A DNA stretch of 64,000 nt from Chloroflexota bacterium (lineage in GTDB: Bacteria > Chloroflexota > Dehalococcoidia > Lucifugimonadales > Lucifugimonadaceae), in NCBI GenBank assembly GCA_002719295.1, contig PBHC01000012.1:109930-173929 (forward strand), written 5' to 3'. Both the position numbers and the translations under genes were made by a program. This document shows positions 40,593 through 49,351 of this stretch, in pieces. The stretch's first letter is position 1; each line of letters begins with the position of its first letter. The notes beneath the pieces were generated by a model. It ran no database searches, was not told the origin of the DNA, and worked only from the letters and a program-made list of their open reading frames with translations.

Positions 40593-41453
40593 ATGAAATT
40601 TTTATCCATTCAAGAGAGAAATTATGAAATTGATGACTTGTTAGTATCTACAGATTGGTTATTAAAGAATATAAATAATGAAAATTTAATCATTTTAGAT
40701 CTAGATTCTAGAGAAGAATATCTTTCATCTCATATTCCAGGTTCGCTTAACGTAATTGATAACTATTATAAAACGTCTTTAGAAGACAGGACTCATGTTC
40801 AAAATCCAGATCAAATTACTAAAACCTTTTCGGACTTAGGCGTTTCCTCAGATTCCGTGGTAGTCGGATATGACAGATCTGCATGTTTGTATTCATTTAG
40901 ATTAGCTTGGGTATTAAAATATTTTGGACATTCAAATGTTAAAGTTTTAGACGGAGGGTTCCCTAAATGGGATTTTGAAGGAAAAGATAAAGAATCCGAA
41001 GATAATCTTCCTAAGAATAAAGGTAATTTCAATCCCAAAAAACCAGTTAATGAAATTTTTGCAAATAGAGATGAACTGTTGGAAATTTTAGAAAAGAATA
41101 AAGATATTCAAATATTTGATGTAAGGTCAGATGATGAAAGAAATGGGATAAACCTCCGTGGTGGCAAAAGAGGAGGATATATTCCTACTTCACTCCATAA
41201 AGAATGGGTAAATTTTAATACAATTGGAGATGTTCCAATACTAAAAACTTCAGATGAAATATTGCAAATAACCCAATCATTAGGTTTAGACCCCAATAAG
41301 CCAACTATAACTTATTGCCAAGGAGGAATCAGAGCTGCTCATGTTTTTTGGACCTTGAAATTAGCAGGATTTAAAAATGTGAAAAACTATGATGCTTCTT
41401 GGAGGGAATGGGGACATGATGAAAGTTGTCCAATAATAGATATGACAAAATGA
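40593..41453 (+). CDS. Tandem-domain sulfurtransferase (rhodanese)
   Basis: HIPG, LDGG, active-site YCQGGIRA, YDASW.EW. Confidence 0.92.
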   Translation: MKFLSIQERNYEIDDLLVSTDWLLKNINNENLIILDLDSREEYLSSHIPGSLNVIDNYYKTSLEDRTHVQNPDQITKTFSDLGVSSDSVVVGYDRSACLYSFRLAWVLKYFGHSNVKVLDGGFPKWDFEGKDKESEDNLPKNKGNFNPKKPVNEIFANRDELLEILEKNKDIQIFDVRSDDERNGINLRGGKRGGYIPTSLHKEWVNFNTIGDVPILKTSDEILQITQSLGLDPNKPTITYCQGGIRAAHVFWTLKLAGFKNVKNYDASWREWGHDESCPIIDMTK

Positions 41454-42256
41454 CAAAAATAAAAAATAAAATCTTAATAGTGCTTGATGGATCCGAAGAA
41501 CTTGAAAATTCATTAAATATTGTCACTGAAACTAATATTTTGAATTGTGATCAAATCGTATTATTCTTTATATTAAACCCTTTTAATCCAATTACTAAAG
41601 GTCAAGAAAGAGAAGTTTTATATAACGATTTTGTTCATGATCACGGAAGAAGACTTGCAACTTTATACATAGAAAAATTAGAATCCTTAATTCATTCAAA
41701 AAATATAGATATAGAAATTTCAAATAATTTAGTAAATTCTTATGAAAATATTGCTAGAAGACTAAGTTTAGGAGATATAGATTTGACAATTTTTTCGATA
41801 AAATTTTCTAACAAAATAGACTATGTTTTCAATAAATCAAAGAATCTCAACTATTTGCTAAACGTATCAAACAACATTTTAATATTACCTTATGAATTTA
41901 TTCATAATTCAAGTAATAAAAATAACTTGGTTGTATCTTATTCAGAAGTAAATAATAAAAATCCTTTTGATATTTTTTTGAAATCATTTGATTTTGACAG
42001 AATAACTTTGTTGTATGAAAAACAAAAAAAATCAGATGTTGAAGAATTTATTGATCAAAATTCAAATAAAAACCTATCATTAGAATTATTGGAGAATGAC
42101 TCTAAAGTCTTTAAAAATTTAGTAGAGTTATCTAAAGAATATAACCTGATTTTTTCTAAAGAACCAAATGGGAAAATGAAACTTTGGGACAGCTTCAAAA
42201 AGTTTTCTAACTATTCCTTTCTTGACAAAAAAATTCCTTTATTTTTTTATAAATAA
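41450..42256 (+). CDS. Divergent universal-stress-protein-like protein
   Basis: KILIVLDGSE N-terminal USP motif; ATG overlaps the rhodanese TGA (ATGA). Confidence 0.55.
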   Translation: MTKIKNKILIVLDGSEELENSLNIVTETNILNCDQIVLFFILNPFNPITKGQEREVLYNDFVHDHGRRLATLYIEKLESLIHSKNIDIEISNNLVNSYENIARRLSLGDIDLTIFSIKFSNKIDYVFNKSKNLNYLLNVSNNILILPYEFIHNSSNKNNLVVSYSEVNNKNPFDIFLKSFDFDRITLLYEKQKKSDVEEFIDQNSNKNLSLELLENDSKVFKNLVELSKEYNLIFSKEPNGKMKLWDSFKKFSNYSFLDKKIPLFFYK

Positions 42257-42257
42257 A

Positions 42258-42671
42258 TTAGTTAGATTTTGCTCTTGCAGCATAGCTTATTAATGCTCCT
42301 ACTAAATTTCCAAACCAAGTATATGGGATTAATACAATGGCTAAAATCATAGCTAAAATAGGATCCATCCCTGCAACTTCAGATTGATTTGAACGTTGAA
42401 TTAATGAGTATGCAATAATAAAAACACTTGGAATTGCTGTAATTCCCGTAGTTATAAAGCTAAAAAAGATAATTTTTTCTTTTTCAGCTTTAGCTATAGA
42501 TCCTCCTATAAATCCTCCTATAAATGGACTTAATGGAACTGCAAAAAAATGAACTACAGGTATTGGAATAAAAATAAACATTAGAATTACTGAAGTTAGA
42601 GCACCTTTTAGCACGTTATTAGCCTTAAATTTATAGTATTTTAATTGTATTCTAAAAGTTAAATTGCACAA
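42258..42671 (-). CDS. Small membrane protein (Gly-zipper; start uncertain)
   Basis: PFIGGFIGG motif with 3-4 TM segments. Confidence 0.6.
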   Translation of the reverse strand: MCNLTFRIQLKYYKFKANNVLKGALTSVILMFIFIPIPVVHFFAVPLSPFIGGFIGGSIAKAEKEKIIFFSFITTGITAIPSVFIIAYSLIQRSNQSEVAGMDPILAMILAIVLIPYTWFGNLVGALISYAARAKSN

Positions 42672-42680
42672 GGATCTAAT

Positions 42681-44282
42681 TTGCCAAAAAATTTACCATT
42701 TAAGGATATAGTTATTGTAGGCTCAGGAGCTTCAGGAGGAGCTTGTGCATGGAGATTATCTAACAGTGGTGCGTCTGTAGTTTTATTAGAACAAGGACCT
42801 TGGTTTGATAAAGAAAACTATCCAGGAGATTCAAATTCTTGGGAGATAGATTCAAAAAATTCTTTTGATTTCAACCCCAATGTTAGAAAATTAGATTCTG
42901 ATTACGAAATTTTAGATAAAGAATCAGATATTCACCCCTTAATGTTCAATGCGGTTGGAGGATCTACTCATCATTGGACTGCTCATACACCTAGATTTCA
43001 TCCATCTGATTTTAGAGTTAAGGCACTTGATGGAGTAGCTGACGATTGGCCTATTTCATATTGGGATTTAGAAAAATATTATGATATAAATGATGAAATG
43101 ATGGGATGTTCAGGTGTAAATGGAGACCCTGCAAATCCTCCTAGGACTGAAAGGCAAATGCCTCCTCTTCCATTGGGTCCTGATGGAGAAAGAATAGCAA
43201 AAGCTGCAGATAAACTTGGTTGGCATTGGTGGCCATCAGACTCATATCAAGCATCTGAGGATTATAAAGGAAGAGTTGGATGGAATAATCATGGTACATT
43301 TGCTTCAAAAAAGAAATGGCAAGCTATAGCATCTACAGATCATACATATATTAGACCTGCAATGGAAAATGGTTTAGAAGTAAGAGAAAATTGTGCTGTT
43401 CAAGAAATATCTGTTGATAATTCAGGAAAATTAAAAGGAGTTGTTTATGTAGATAATAAAGGGATACAGTATTTTCAAGAAGCAGGCAAAGTAATTGTAG
43501 CCTGTAATGGAATTGGTACTCCCAGATTATTGCTAAATAGTAAATCAAAAATTTTCCCAAATGGGTTAGCAAATTCAAGTGGATTAGTAGGAAAAAATTT
43601 AATGTATCATCCATATGCTAGTGTGAGTGGGATTTTTGATGATGATGAAATAAATTATTCTTTGGGTCCATTAGCAAATATAATTATTGTACAAGAATTT
43701 TATGAAACAGATGAGTCTAGAGATTTTGTAAGAGGATATTCATTTCAAATGAATAGATCTCATGGTCCAGGTCATACAGCGCTGGGAACAGGGAGTGGGG
43801 GAAAAATTGTTCCATGGGGAAAAGAACACCATCGAGAATTTAAAAGAAAATTCAAGAAGTATTTAGGAATGGCAGTCATCAGTGAAGATTTACCTGAGCT
43901 TCATAATAGAGTTGAAATAGATGAAAACCTAAAAGATAAAAATGGAATTCCTCTTCCAAGAATTTTTTACAAGACATCTAAAAATACTAGAAATCTTTTA
44001 GATCACGGAATTAGATCAGCAGAAAAACTACTAAAAGAAGCAGGTTGTTATGAAACGCATGTTATCCCTACCCTTGAGTCAGCAGGATGGCATCTAATGG
44101 GAACAGCTAAAATGGGTGAAGATCCAAAAACTTCTGTTGTAAAAGCAAATTGCGAAACACATGATGTAGATAATTTATATATTATAGATGGATCCGTGTT
44201 TACAACATCTGGAGCGGTGAATCCAACTCCTACTATTCAAGCCATAGCATTAATGGCCTCAGATAAGATATTAGGAGGTTAA
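42681..44282 (+). CDS. GMC family flavoprotein oxidoreductase (gluconate/sugar dehydrogenase large-subunit type)
   Basis: GSGASGG, VGGST.HW, DWPISY.DL, NSSGLVGKNLM.H, H.MGT..MG, NPT.TIQA.A. Confidence 0.92.
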   Translation: MPKNLPFKDIVIVGSGASGGACAWRLSNSGASVVLLEQGPWFDKENYPGDSNSWEIDSKNSFDFNPNVRKLDSDYEILDKESDIHPLMFNAVGGSTHHWTAHTPRFHPSDFRVKALDGVADDWPISYWDLEKYYDINDEMMGCSGVNGDPANPPRTERQMPPLPLGPDGERIAKAADKLGWHWWPSDSYQASEDYKGRVGWNNHGTFASKKKWQAIASTDHTYIRPAMENGLEVRENCAVQEISVDNSGKLKGVVYVDNKGIQYFQEAGKVIVACNGIGTPRLLLNSKSKIFPNGLANSSGLVGKNLMYHPYASVSGIFDDDEINYSLGPLANIIIVQEFYETDESRDFVRGYSFQMNRSHGPGHTALGTGSGGKIVPWGKEHHREFKRKFKKYLGMAVISEDLPELHNRVEIDENLKDKNGIPLPRIFYKTSKNTRNLLDHGIRSAEKLLKEAGCYETHVIPTLESAGWHLMGTAKMGEDPKTSVVKANCETHDVDNLYIIDGSVFTTSGAVNPTPTIQAIALMASDKILGG

Positions 44283-44283
44283 G

Positions 44284-44730
44284 ATGGATATTGAAAATAA
44301 CGATATTACTAACTTGTTCTCATTTGTAGATACAATTATACCTTCTGATGAATCTATGCCATCAGCTTCAGAAATAATCTCTTCTGAAGATTTGAAATGG
44401 ATATTAGAAAATAATAATAAATATATTGATTCAATAAAAGATTGCTTGAATTTTATAAAAAAAGAACCTTCAACTAGAGTTGTTGGAGGAATTCAAGAAT
44501 TGAATGAAGATCATAGGATTGAAATATTAAATTTAATGCAATCAATTATTCCTGATCAGTTCAATTTATTAATAGAAGCTATCTATCTTCTATACTACTC
44601 AAAAGAAAAAGTTCATGAAATTATTGGATGGAATACAGATGAATCATCTGATGAAAATAAAATGATTCCTTTTGATAGAACTATTCTTGAAAATGTAAAA
44701 AAAAGAGAACCTTTTTGGAAAAAAGTTTAG
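44284..44730 (+). CDS. Gluconate 2-dehydrogenase subunit-3-like small partner
   Basis: DTIIP...MPSA, YY...V...IG pattern; lies directly after the GMC gene. Confidence 0.7.
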   Translation: MDIENNDITNLFSFVDTIIPSDESMPSASEIISSEDLKWILENNNKYIDSIKDCLNFIKKEPSTRVVGGIQELNEDHRIEILNLMQSIIPDQFNLLIEAIYLLYYSKEKVHEIIGWNTDESSDENKMIPFDRTILENVKKREPFWKKV

Positions 44731-46349
44731 TTTACTTGGGATCTTCTAAGAACTTTTCCGGGTGTTTTTTTTGTATGTTTTCCTTCAGAAACAACTAATT
44801 CTCCATTTACTAGAACATATTCAATTCCCTCTGAATATTGATGAGGATTTTCAAATGTAGCCTTGTCTGAAACTGTATTTGGATTAAAAATTGTTATATC
44901 AGCAACATAATTTTTTTTGATTACACCTCTTTGTTTTAGGCCTAATCTCCAAGCAGGAAAGCCTGTCATTTTATAAATAGCTTCCTCAAGTGATAACTTA
45001 GATCTATTTTCTCTTATATATCTTCCTAGAATTCTTGGGAAAGTCCCATAAAATCTTGGGTGCGGCTTCCCATCTTTATAGAATCCATTTTTTGAGACGG
45101 CATTCCCATCTGATCCAAACATTGCTAATCTATGATCCATAAAACATTGTATATCCTCTTCAACTCTATTATGAAAAATCACTGAAACTACAGCTTGCTC
45201 TTCCTCAGTAAGTTGCATAATAGTTTCACCTATATCTAAGTTTCTTTGTTTAGCTATTTCTTCTATAGAAAGTCCTATAATATTTTTATTTTGAGGATTT
45301 TTTACAGATGATATGACAATAGTTTCCCACTTCTGAGGTAATCCATCTATACCATCCATTGTTTCTTTTTTAATTTTCTCTCTTAGCTTAGGGTTTTTTA
45401 ATCTTTCTAAAAACTCTTCAATTCCTCCTGAATGAGACCATAATGGCATAGTTTGATCTAAACCTGCGCCAGCTGCAGTGTATGGATACATATCATAAGT
45501 TATATCAAGTCCTTTTTTTTCAGCATCTTCAAAAACTTTGTGCATTTTAGAACCTTCACCATAATATCGCCAATCAGTAATGGCTAAGTGAGAAAATTGC
45601 ACTGAAATATTACTTTTGATCCCTATTTCTACAGCTTCTTCTATTTTTGAAATATGCCTTCCTGCCCCTTCTCTGGCATGAGTAACATAAAAAACATTGT
45701 CATAATGTGAAATAGATTTACAAATTTCTATTATTTCTTCAGTGCTAGCAAATGCAGATGGAGGCACAGATAATCCTGTAGATAGTGAAAAAGCACCCTG
45801 TTCAATAGACTCATTTGCCAATTTTTTCATTTTTTTTAGTTCGTCTTCTGTAGCTCTTCTGTTTTCTACTGAACCTGAAGCAATTTGTAATGCGGCATAG
45901 CCAACTTGAGGGGCAATATTTAAGCTTGTTTGTTTTTCCTGAAGGTAGTTTGCATATTCATCAAAATTTGTCCATTTCCAAACAGTCGCAGGGTCATCAG
46001 CATTTCCTCTTTTCTCCCATAGTTCTTCTTTTAAGGTATTGGGATCATCATTTCCTGAAGGGAACGGCGAATAACTACAATTCCCTGTTACTTCAGTTGT
46101 AACACCTTGGTATATTTTACTTTCATTGTAAGGGTCATTGATAACTGAAATATCTGAATGTGTATGAATATCTATAAAACCAGGAGAAATTATAAGATCT
46201 GATGCATCTATTATTTTTTTTGCTGTGATATTTTCAAGAAAACCTATTTCTTGAATTTTATTATTTCTTATTCCGATATCAGATTTGAATTTCGGTTTAT
46301 TTGTTCCGTCAACAATATTTCCGTTTTTAATTATTATGTCGAAGTTCAA
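44727..46349 (-). CDS. N-acyl-D-amino-acid deacylase (D-aminoacylase)
   Basis: PGFIDIHTHSD, GVTTEVTGNC, YPYTA, GSDG, PHPR.YGTFPR.LG. Confidence 0.92.
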   Translation of the reverse strand: MNFDIIIKNGNIVDGTNKPKFKSDIGIRNNKIQEIGFLENITAKKIIDASDLIISPGFIDIHTHSDISVINDPYNESKIYQGVTTEVTGNCSYSPFPSGNDDPNTLKEELWEKRGNADDPATVWKWTNFDEYANYLQEKQTSLNIAPQVGYAALQIASGSVENRRATEDELKKMKKLANESIEQGAFSLSTGLSVPPSAFASTEEIIEICKSISHYDNVFYVTHAREGAGRHISKIEEAVEIGIKSNISVQFSHLAITDWRYYGEGSKMHKVFEDAEKKGLDITYDMYPYTAAGAGLDQTMPLWSHSGGIEEFLERLKNPKLREKIKKETMDGIDGLPQKWETIVISSVKNPQNKNIIGLSIEEIAKQRNLDIGETIMQLTEEEQAVVSVIFHNRVEEDIQCFMDHRLAMFGSDGNAVSKNGFYKDGKPHPRFYGTFPRILGRYIRENRSKLSLEEAIYKMTGFPAWRLGLKQRGVIKKNYVADITIFNPNTVSDKATFENPHQYSEGIEYVLVNGELVVSEGKHTKKTPGKVLRRSQVN

Positions 46350-46474
46350 TATATTAGCCTTCTAATTTATAAGTTGATTTCTAATTTTTATATCTTTTTT
46401 TCAATTAATAATCTATATAGTTTTTTTATGGTTGTAAGAGTTTATTGTTGTAAAATTAAAGAATCTAAACTTAT

Positions 46475-46512
46475 GCCCCTGTAGATCAGAGGATAGAGCT
46501 CCGGTTTCCTAA
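46475..46512 (+). pseudogene. 5'-half tRNA-Arg(CCT) fragment (att-like partial repeat)
   Basis: GCCCCTGTAGATCAGAGGATAGAGCTCCGGTTTCCTAA matches nt 1-38 of the tRNA at 48981-48944 at 36 of 38 positions, inverted, and ends in the anticodon loop. Confidence 0.92.
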
Positions 46513-46727
46513 TCCTCTTCTCAATTGCATATTTCAAAAGAGGGGATATTGTATTTTTTACTCTTACCTTTTGGTTTAGCTCTAACTCATCAAAGAATCT
46601 TTGAATAGTAGCTGTTTTTATTTTATTTTGTAATAAAGTTTTATAAACTCAAAAAATAAGTCATTAGCATAAAAAAAAATTAAAACGTAAATGTATATTA
46701 TTAATAAATATACAAATCTTAGGAAAT

Positions 46728-47849
46728 ATGAGTAAAACAGGTATATCAGCCGTATGGCACGCATCAGATAAAAGCTGGGAGCTTAGAGAGCTTCCATTAC
46801 CCAAACTTGAAAATGACGGAATTCAAATAAGAGTAAAAGCAACTAGTGTATGCGGGTCAGATTTACATGTATGGAGAGGCGATGGATTAGATAAAGATGC
46901 TCCTCCTCCTGATCCAATGGTATTTGGTCATGAAATGATGGGAGTAGTTGCAGCTTTAGGTGGAAAAATCAAAACTGATTCACTTAGAAGGCCTTTAAAA
47001 GAAGGAGATAGAGTTGCATATTCTTATTTTTTCCCATGTGCAAAATGCTATAACTGCATTAGAGGGGAATTTGGAGCTTGTAAATTTAGAATGGGGAGAA
47101 AACCTTTGGATGAATTCCCGTACTGTAACGGTGGATTTGCACAATATTATTACTTAAGAAGCCCTCAATACGTATTTAAACTTCCAGATAGTATAAGCGA
47201 CGCTGCAGCAGCTCCGATAAATTGTGCATTGGCTCAAGTTTATGAAGCTCTTCATCTTGGAGGAGTAAGACTAGGGGACAATATTGTAATTCAAGGAGCA
47301 GGTGGACTTGGAGTTAACGCAACTGCAGTCGCAAAAGAATTGGGCGCATCTAAGATAATTGTAATTGATGGTCAAAAACCTAGATTAGACTTGGCTATAA
47401 AATGTGGAGCAACTCACACTATAGATATGAATGAGTTCCGTACTGCTGAATCTAGAATTGAAAGAGTTATGGAATTAACTGGTGGGATTGGAGCTGATAA
47501 AGTAGTGGAAGTTGTGGGATTCCCTTCTGCTGTTGAAGAAGGAATAAAAATGGTAAGAATGAGAGGAATTTACCTAGAAGTAGGACATATTTCTCCAAAC
47601 TCATTTGCATCAATCGATGTTACAGGATTAGTTTCTAATCAAATAAGGTTTTATGGTATTCAACACTATGACCCTTGGATCATTCCAAATGCGATAGATT
47701 TTATAGAAAGAACTAAAGATAAATATCCTTTGACTAATGTAATTTCTCACGAATTTCCAATTGAAAAAATTGACGAAGCTTTTAAAACTGCTGAGTGGAT
47801 AGGAACCCAATCAGGTAGTGAAGTTACCAGAGCAATAGTTACTCCATAA
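46728..47849 (+). CDS. Zinc-binding alcohol dehydrogenase
   Basis: VCGSD, GHE, C-x2-C-x2-C-x7-C, QGAGGLG. Confidence 0.9.
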   Translation: MSKTGISAVWHASDKSWELRELPLPKLENDGIQIRVKATSVCGSDLHVWRGDGLDKDAPPPDPMVFGHEMMGVVAALGGKIKTDSLRRPLKEGDRVAYSYFFPCAKCYNCIRGEFGACKFRMGRKPLDEFPYCNGGFAQYYYLRSPQYVFKLPDSISDAAAAPINCALAQVYEALHLGGVRLGDNIVIQGAGGLGVNATAVAKELGASKIIVIDGQKPRLDLAIKCGATHTIDMNEFRTAESRIERVMELTGGIGADKVVEVVGFPSAVEEGIKMVRMRGIYLEVGHISPNSFASIDVTGLVSNQIRFYGIQHYDPWIIPNAIDFIERTKDKYPLTNVISHEFPIEKIDEAFKTAEWIGTQSGSEVTRAIVTP

Positions 47850-47850
47850 G

Positions 47851-48096
47851 TTATTTTCTAGACTTGTATTCATCAGTCTCATATGAATAATCGGAAAGTT
47901 CGCATACCTTCCCATTTGGAGTTTCTACACAATTAGTCTTACTTTTAGGAAGATCATATAGGTCATACATAAGAATCTGAGTCATAAAAAAATAAATAAC
48001 AAATAATGCAATAGCTATCAATAAAATATTTTTTTTACTTAATGTAAATAAGTTAATCTCAAATAGGTATTTTAGATGTAAAAGGTTTTTTATCAA
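47851..48096 (-). CDS. Small membrane-anchored hypothetical protein (start uncertain)
   Basis: One TM helix followed by CVETPNGKVC. Confidence 0.55.
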   Translation of the reverse strand: MIKNLLHLKYLFEINLFTLSKKNILLIAIALFVIYFFMTQILMYDLYDLPKSKTNCVETPNGKVCELSDYSYETDEYKSRK

Positions 48097-48109
48097 AAAC
48101 TTTTCCTGA

Positions 48110-48793
48110 TTAATTATTATATGTTTTAGGTACTACTTCTTCAAAATTTTTATGCTCATTATAAGGAATTATTTGAACATTATTTACTTTTGGGTCAATA
48201 ATCACTTCTTCTTCGCCCAATTGATTCAAATATAAAAAGGCATCTTTTCTAGAGATCCTTAAGCTTAAAAATCTATTATTCTTTGGTTCAGATTTAGATG
48301 CTTTGTTTCTATTATAATACCAAATAGCGATACCTCTATTGAGAGTCCAGGAGATACCATCAATAGAGCCTGCTCTATAAACAATAAAGTTTCCTGTTGG
48401 TAAATATTTATAAAATTCCTCATTTTTTGGAAATAATTTGAATAAATCTATCCATTTATTAATATATTTGTGAAGTTTCAAATGGGAATTAATCCAAGTA
48501 TCGGACAACCATTCATCTAAAAGCATTACTTCATACTGTTTTTCTGAAAAATAGGTATAAAAAAGCCTTTCAATATCAATATCTTCAAATGCTTCAGCAA
48601 AACTATCTACATTATTCATAAGACGTGTAAGTATAACTGTATCTCCAGACAGGTCAGCATTTCTTAATGCTTGTTCGCCTTCACTTGATTTATAAATAAT
48701 TCCTAGCACAAGCAGTAAATCTAAGTGCTTTTCAATGGGCATACTAAGGAATAATTTCACCCATTCTTCAATTTCATATGGCTTCTGACTCAT
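48110..48793 (-). CDS. Hypothetical protein with putative ADP-ribosyltransferase (R-S-E) fold
   Basis: Ordered motifs IVYRAG, GISWT...A and GEEEVII in the C-terminal half. Confidence 0.6.
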   Translation of the reverse strand: MSQKPYEIEEWVKLFLSMPIEKHLDLLLVLGIIYKSSEGEQALRNADLSGDTVILTRLMNNVDSFAEAFEDIDIERLFYTYFSEKQYEVMLLDEWLSDTWINSHLKLHKYINKWIDLFKLFPKNEEFYKYLPTGNFIVYRAGSIDGISWTLNRGIAIWYYNRNKASKSEPKNNRFLSLRISRKDAFLYLNQLGEEEVIIDPKVNNVQIIPYNEHKNFEEVVPKTYNN

Positions 48794-48905
48794 AAAATAA
48801 TTATATATGAATAAAACATAGTAAATTTATCTATTTTTATCTCAAATAAACTTAGATATTAGATCTATATAAAATAAAAAATTATTTTATTTTTTAAAAA
48901 AAAAA

Positions 48906-48981
48906 TGGTACCCCTGCCGCGACTCGAACGCGGGACACCCGGTTTAGGAAACCGGTGCTCTATCCTCTGAGCTACAGGGGC
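48906..48981 (-). tRNA. tRNA-Arg (CCT)
   Basis: Reverse complement GCCCCTGTAGCTCAGAGGATAGAGCACCGGTTTCCTAAACCGGGTGTCCCGCGTTCGAGTCGCGGCAGGGGTACCA; cloverleaf, CCT anticodon, encoded CCA. Confidence 0.97.
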
Positions 48982-49035
48982 ATAAACTCTAATAGCTTAA
49001 TTTTATAACGAAAAATGTAAAAAACATGAGAAATT

Positions 49036-49055
49036 GTGTGGGAGTTAGTGTGGGA
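49036..49055 (+). repeat. Direct repeat GTGTGGGA x2 (12-bp period)
   Basis: Copies at 49036-49043 and 49048-49055, G-rich in an AT-rich context, about 55 bp from the tRNA-Arg 5' end. Confidence 0.6.
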
Positions 49056-49351
49056 TGAGAATTGAATCAAGATTAATAGAAGATAAATTAGAAGCAGTTT
49101 TACTAGATGGTGAAGAGATATTATGTATCTTCCCTAGAATCGAGGGCGAGGGAGAAACTAAAGTGAAAATTCCTGAGTTCATAGTAAATTACAGGTGGAG
49201 ATGCAAAATAATGATTGATAAACACATAAAGCCACCACAAATAATTCTTCCTCCTAAACCTAAGAAGCCAGAGAAAGTTGAAGTTTACTTATTGGCAATA
49301 TTTATTTTGATTACTATGACTATAACTAATAAAACTTTTATTATTTCTTAA
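49055..49351 (+). CDS. Orphan ORF, possibly a mobile-element remnant
   Basis: 98-aa ORF with no recognisable motif; converges on and overlaps the fdh 3' end. Confidence 0.35.
   Translation: MRIESRLIEDKLEAVLLDGEEILCIFPRIEGEGETKVKIPEFIVNYRWRCKIMIDKHIKPPQIILPPKPKKPEKVEVYLLAIFILITMTITNKTFIIS

Noticed and set aside
41426..41453. Selenocysteine read-through of the rhodanese TGA
   Set aside because: The TGA is part of an ordinary ATGA stop/start overlap and the rhodanese is already full length.
46475..46727. Intron-split tRNA-Arg (group I intron in the anticodon loop)
   Set aside because: No 3' exon (ACCGGGTGTC...CCA) found downstream on the + strand, no intron core visible, and the fragment has a D-stem-breaking mismatch.
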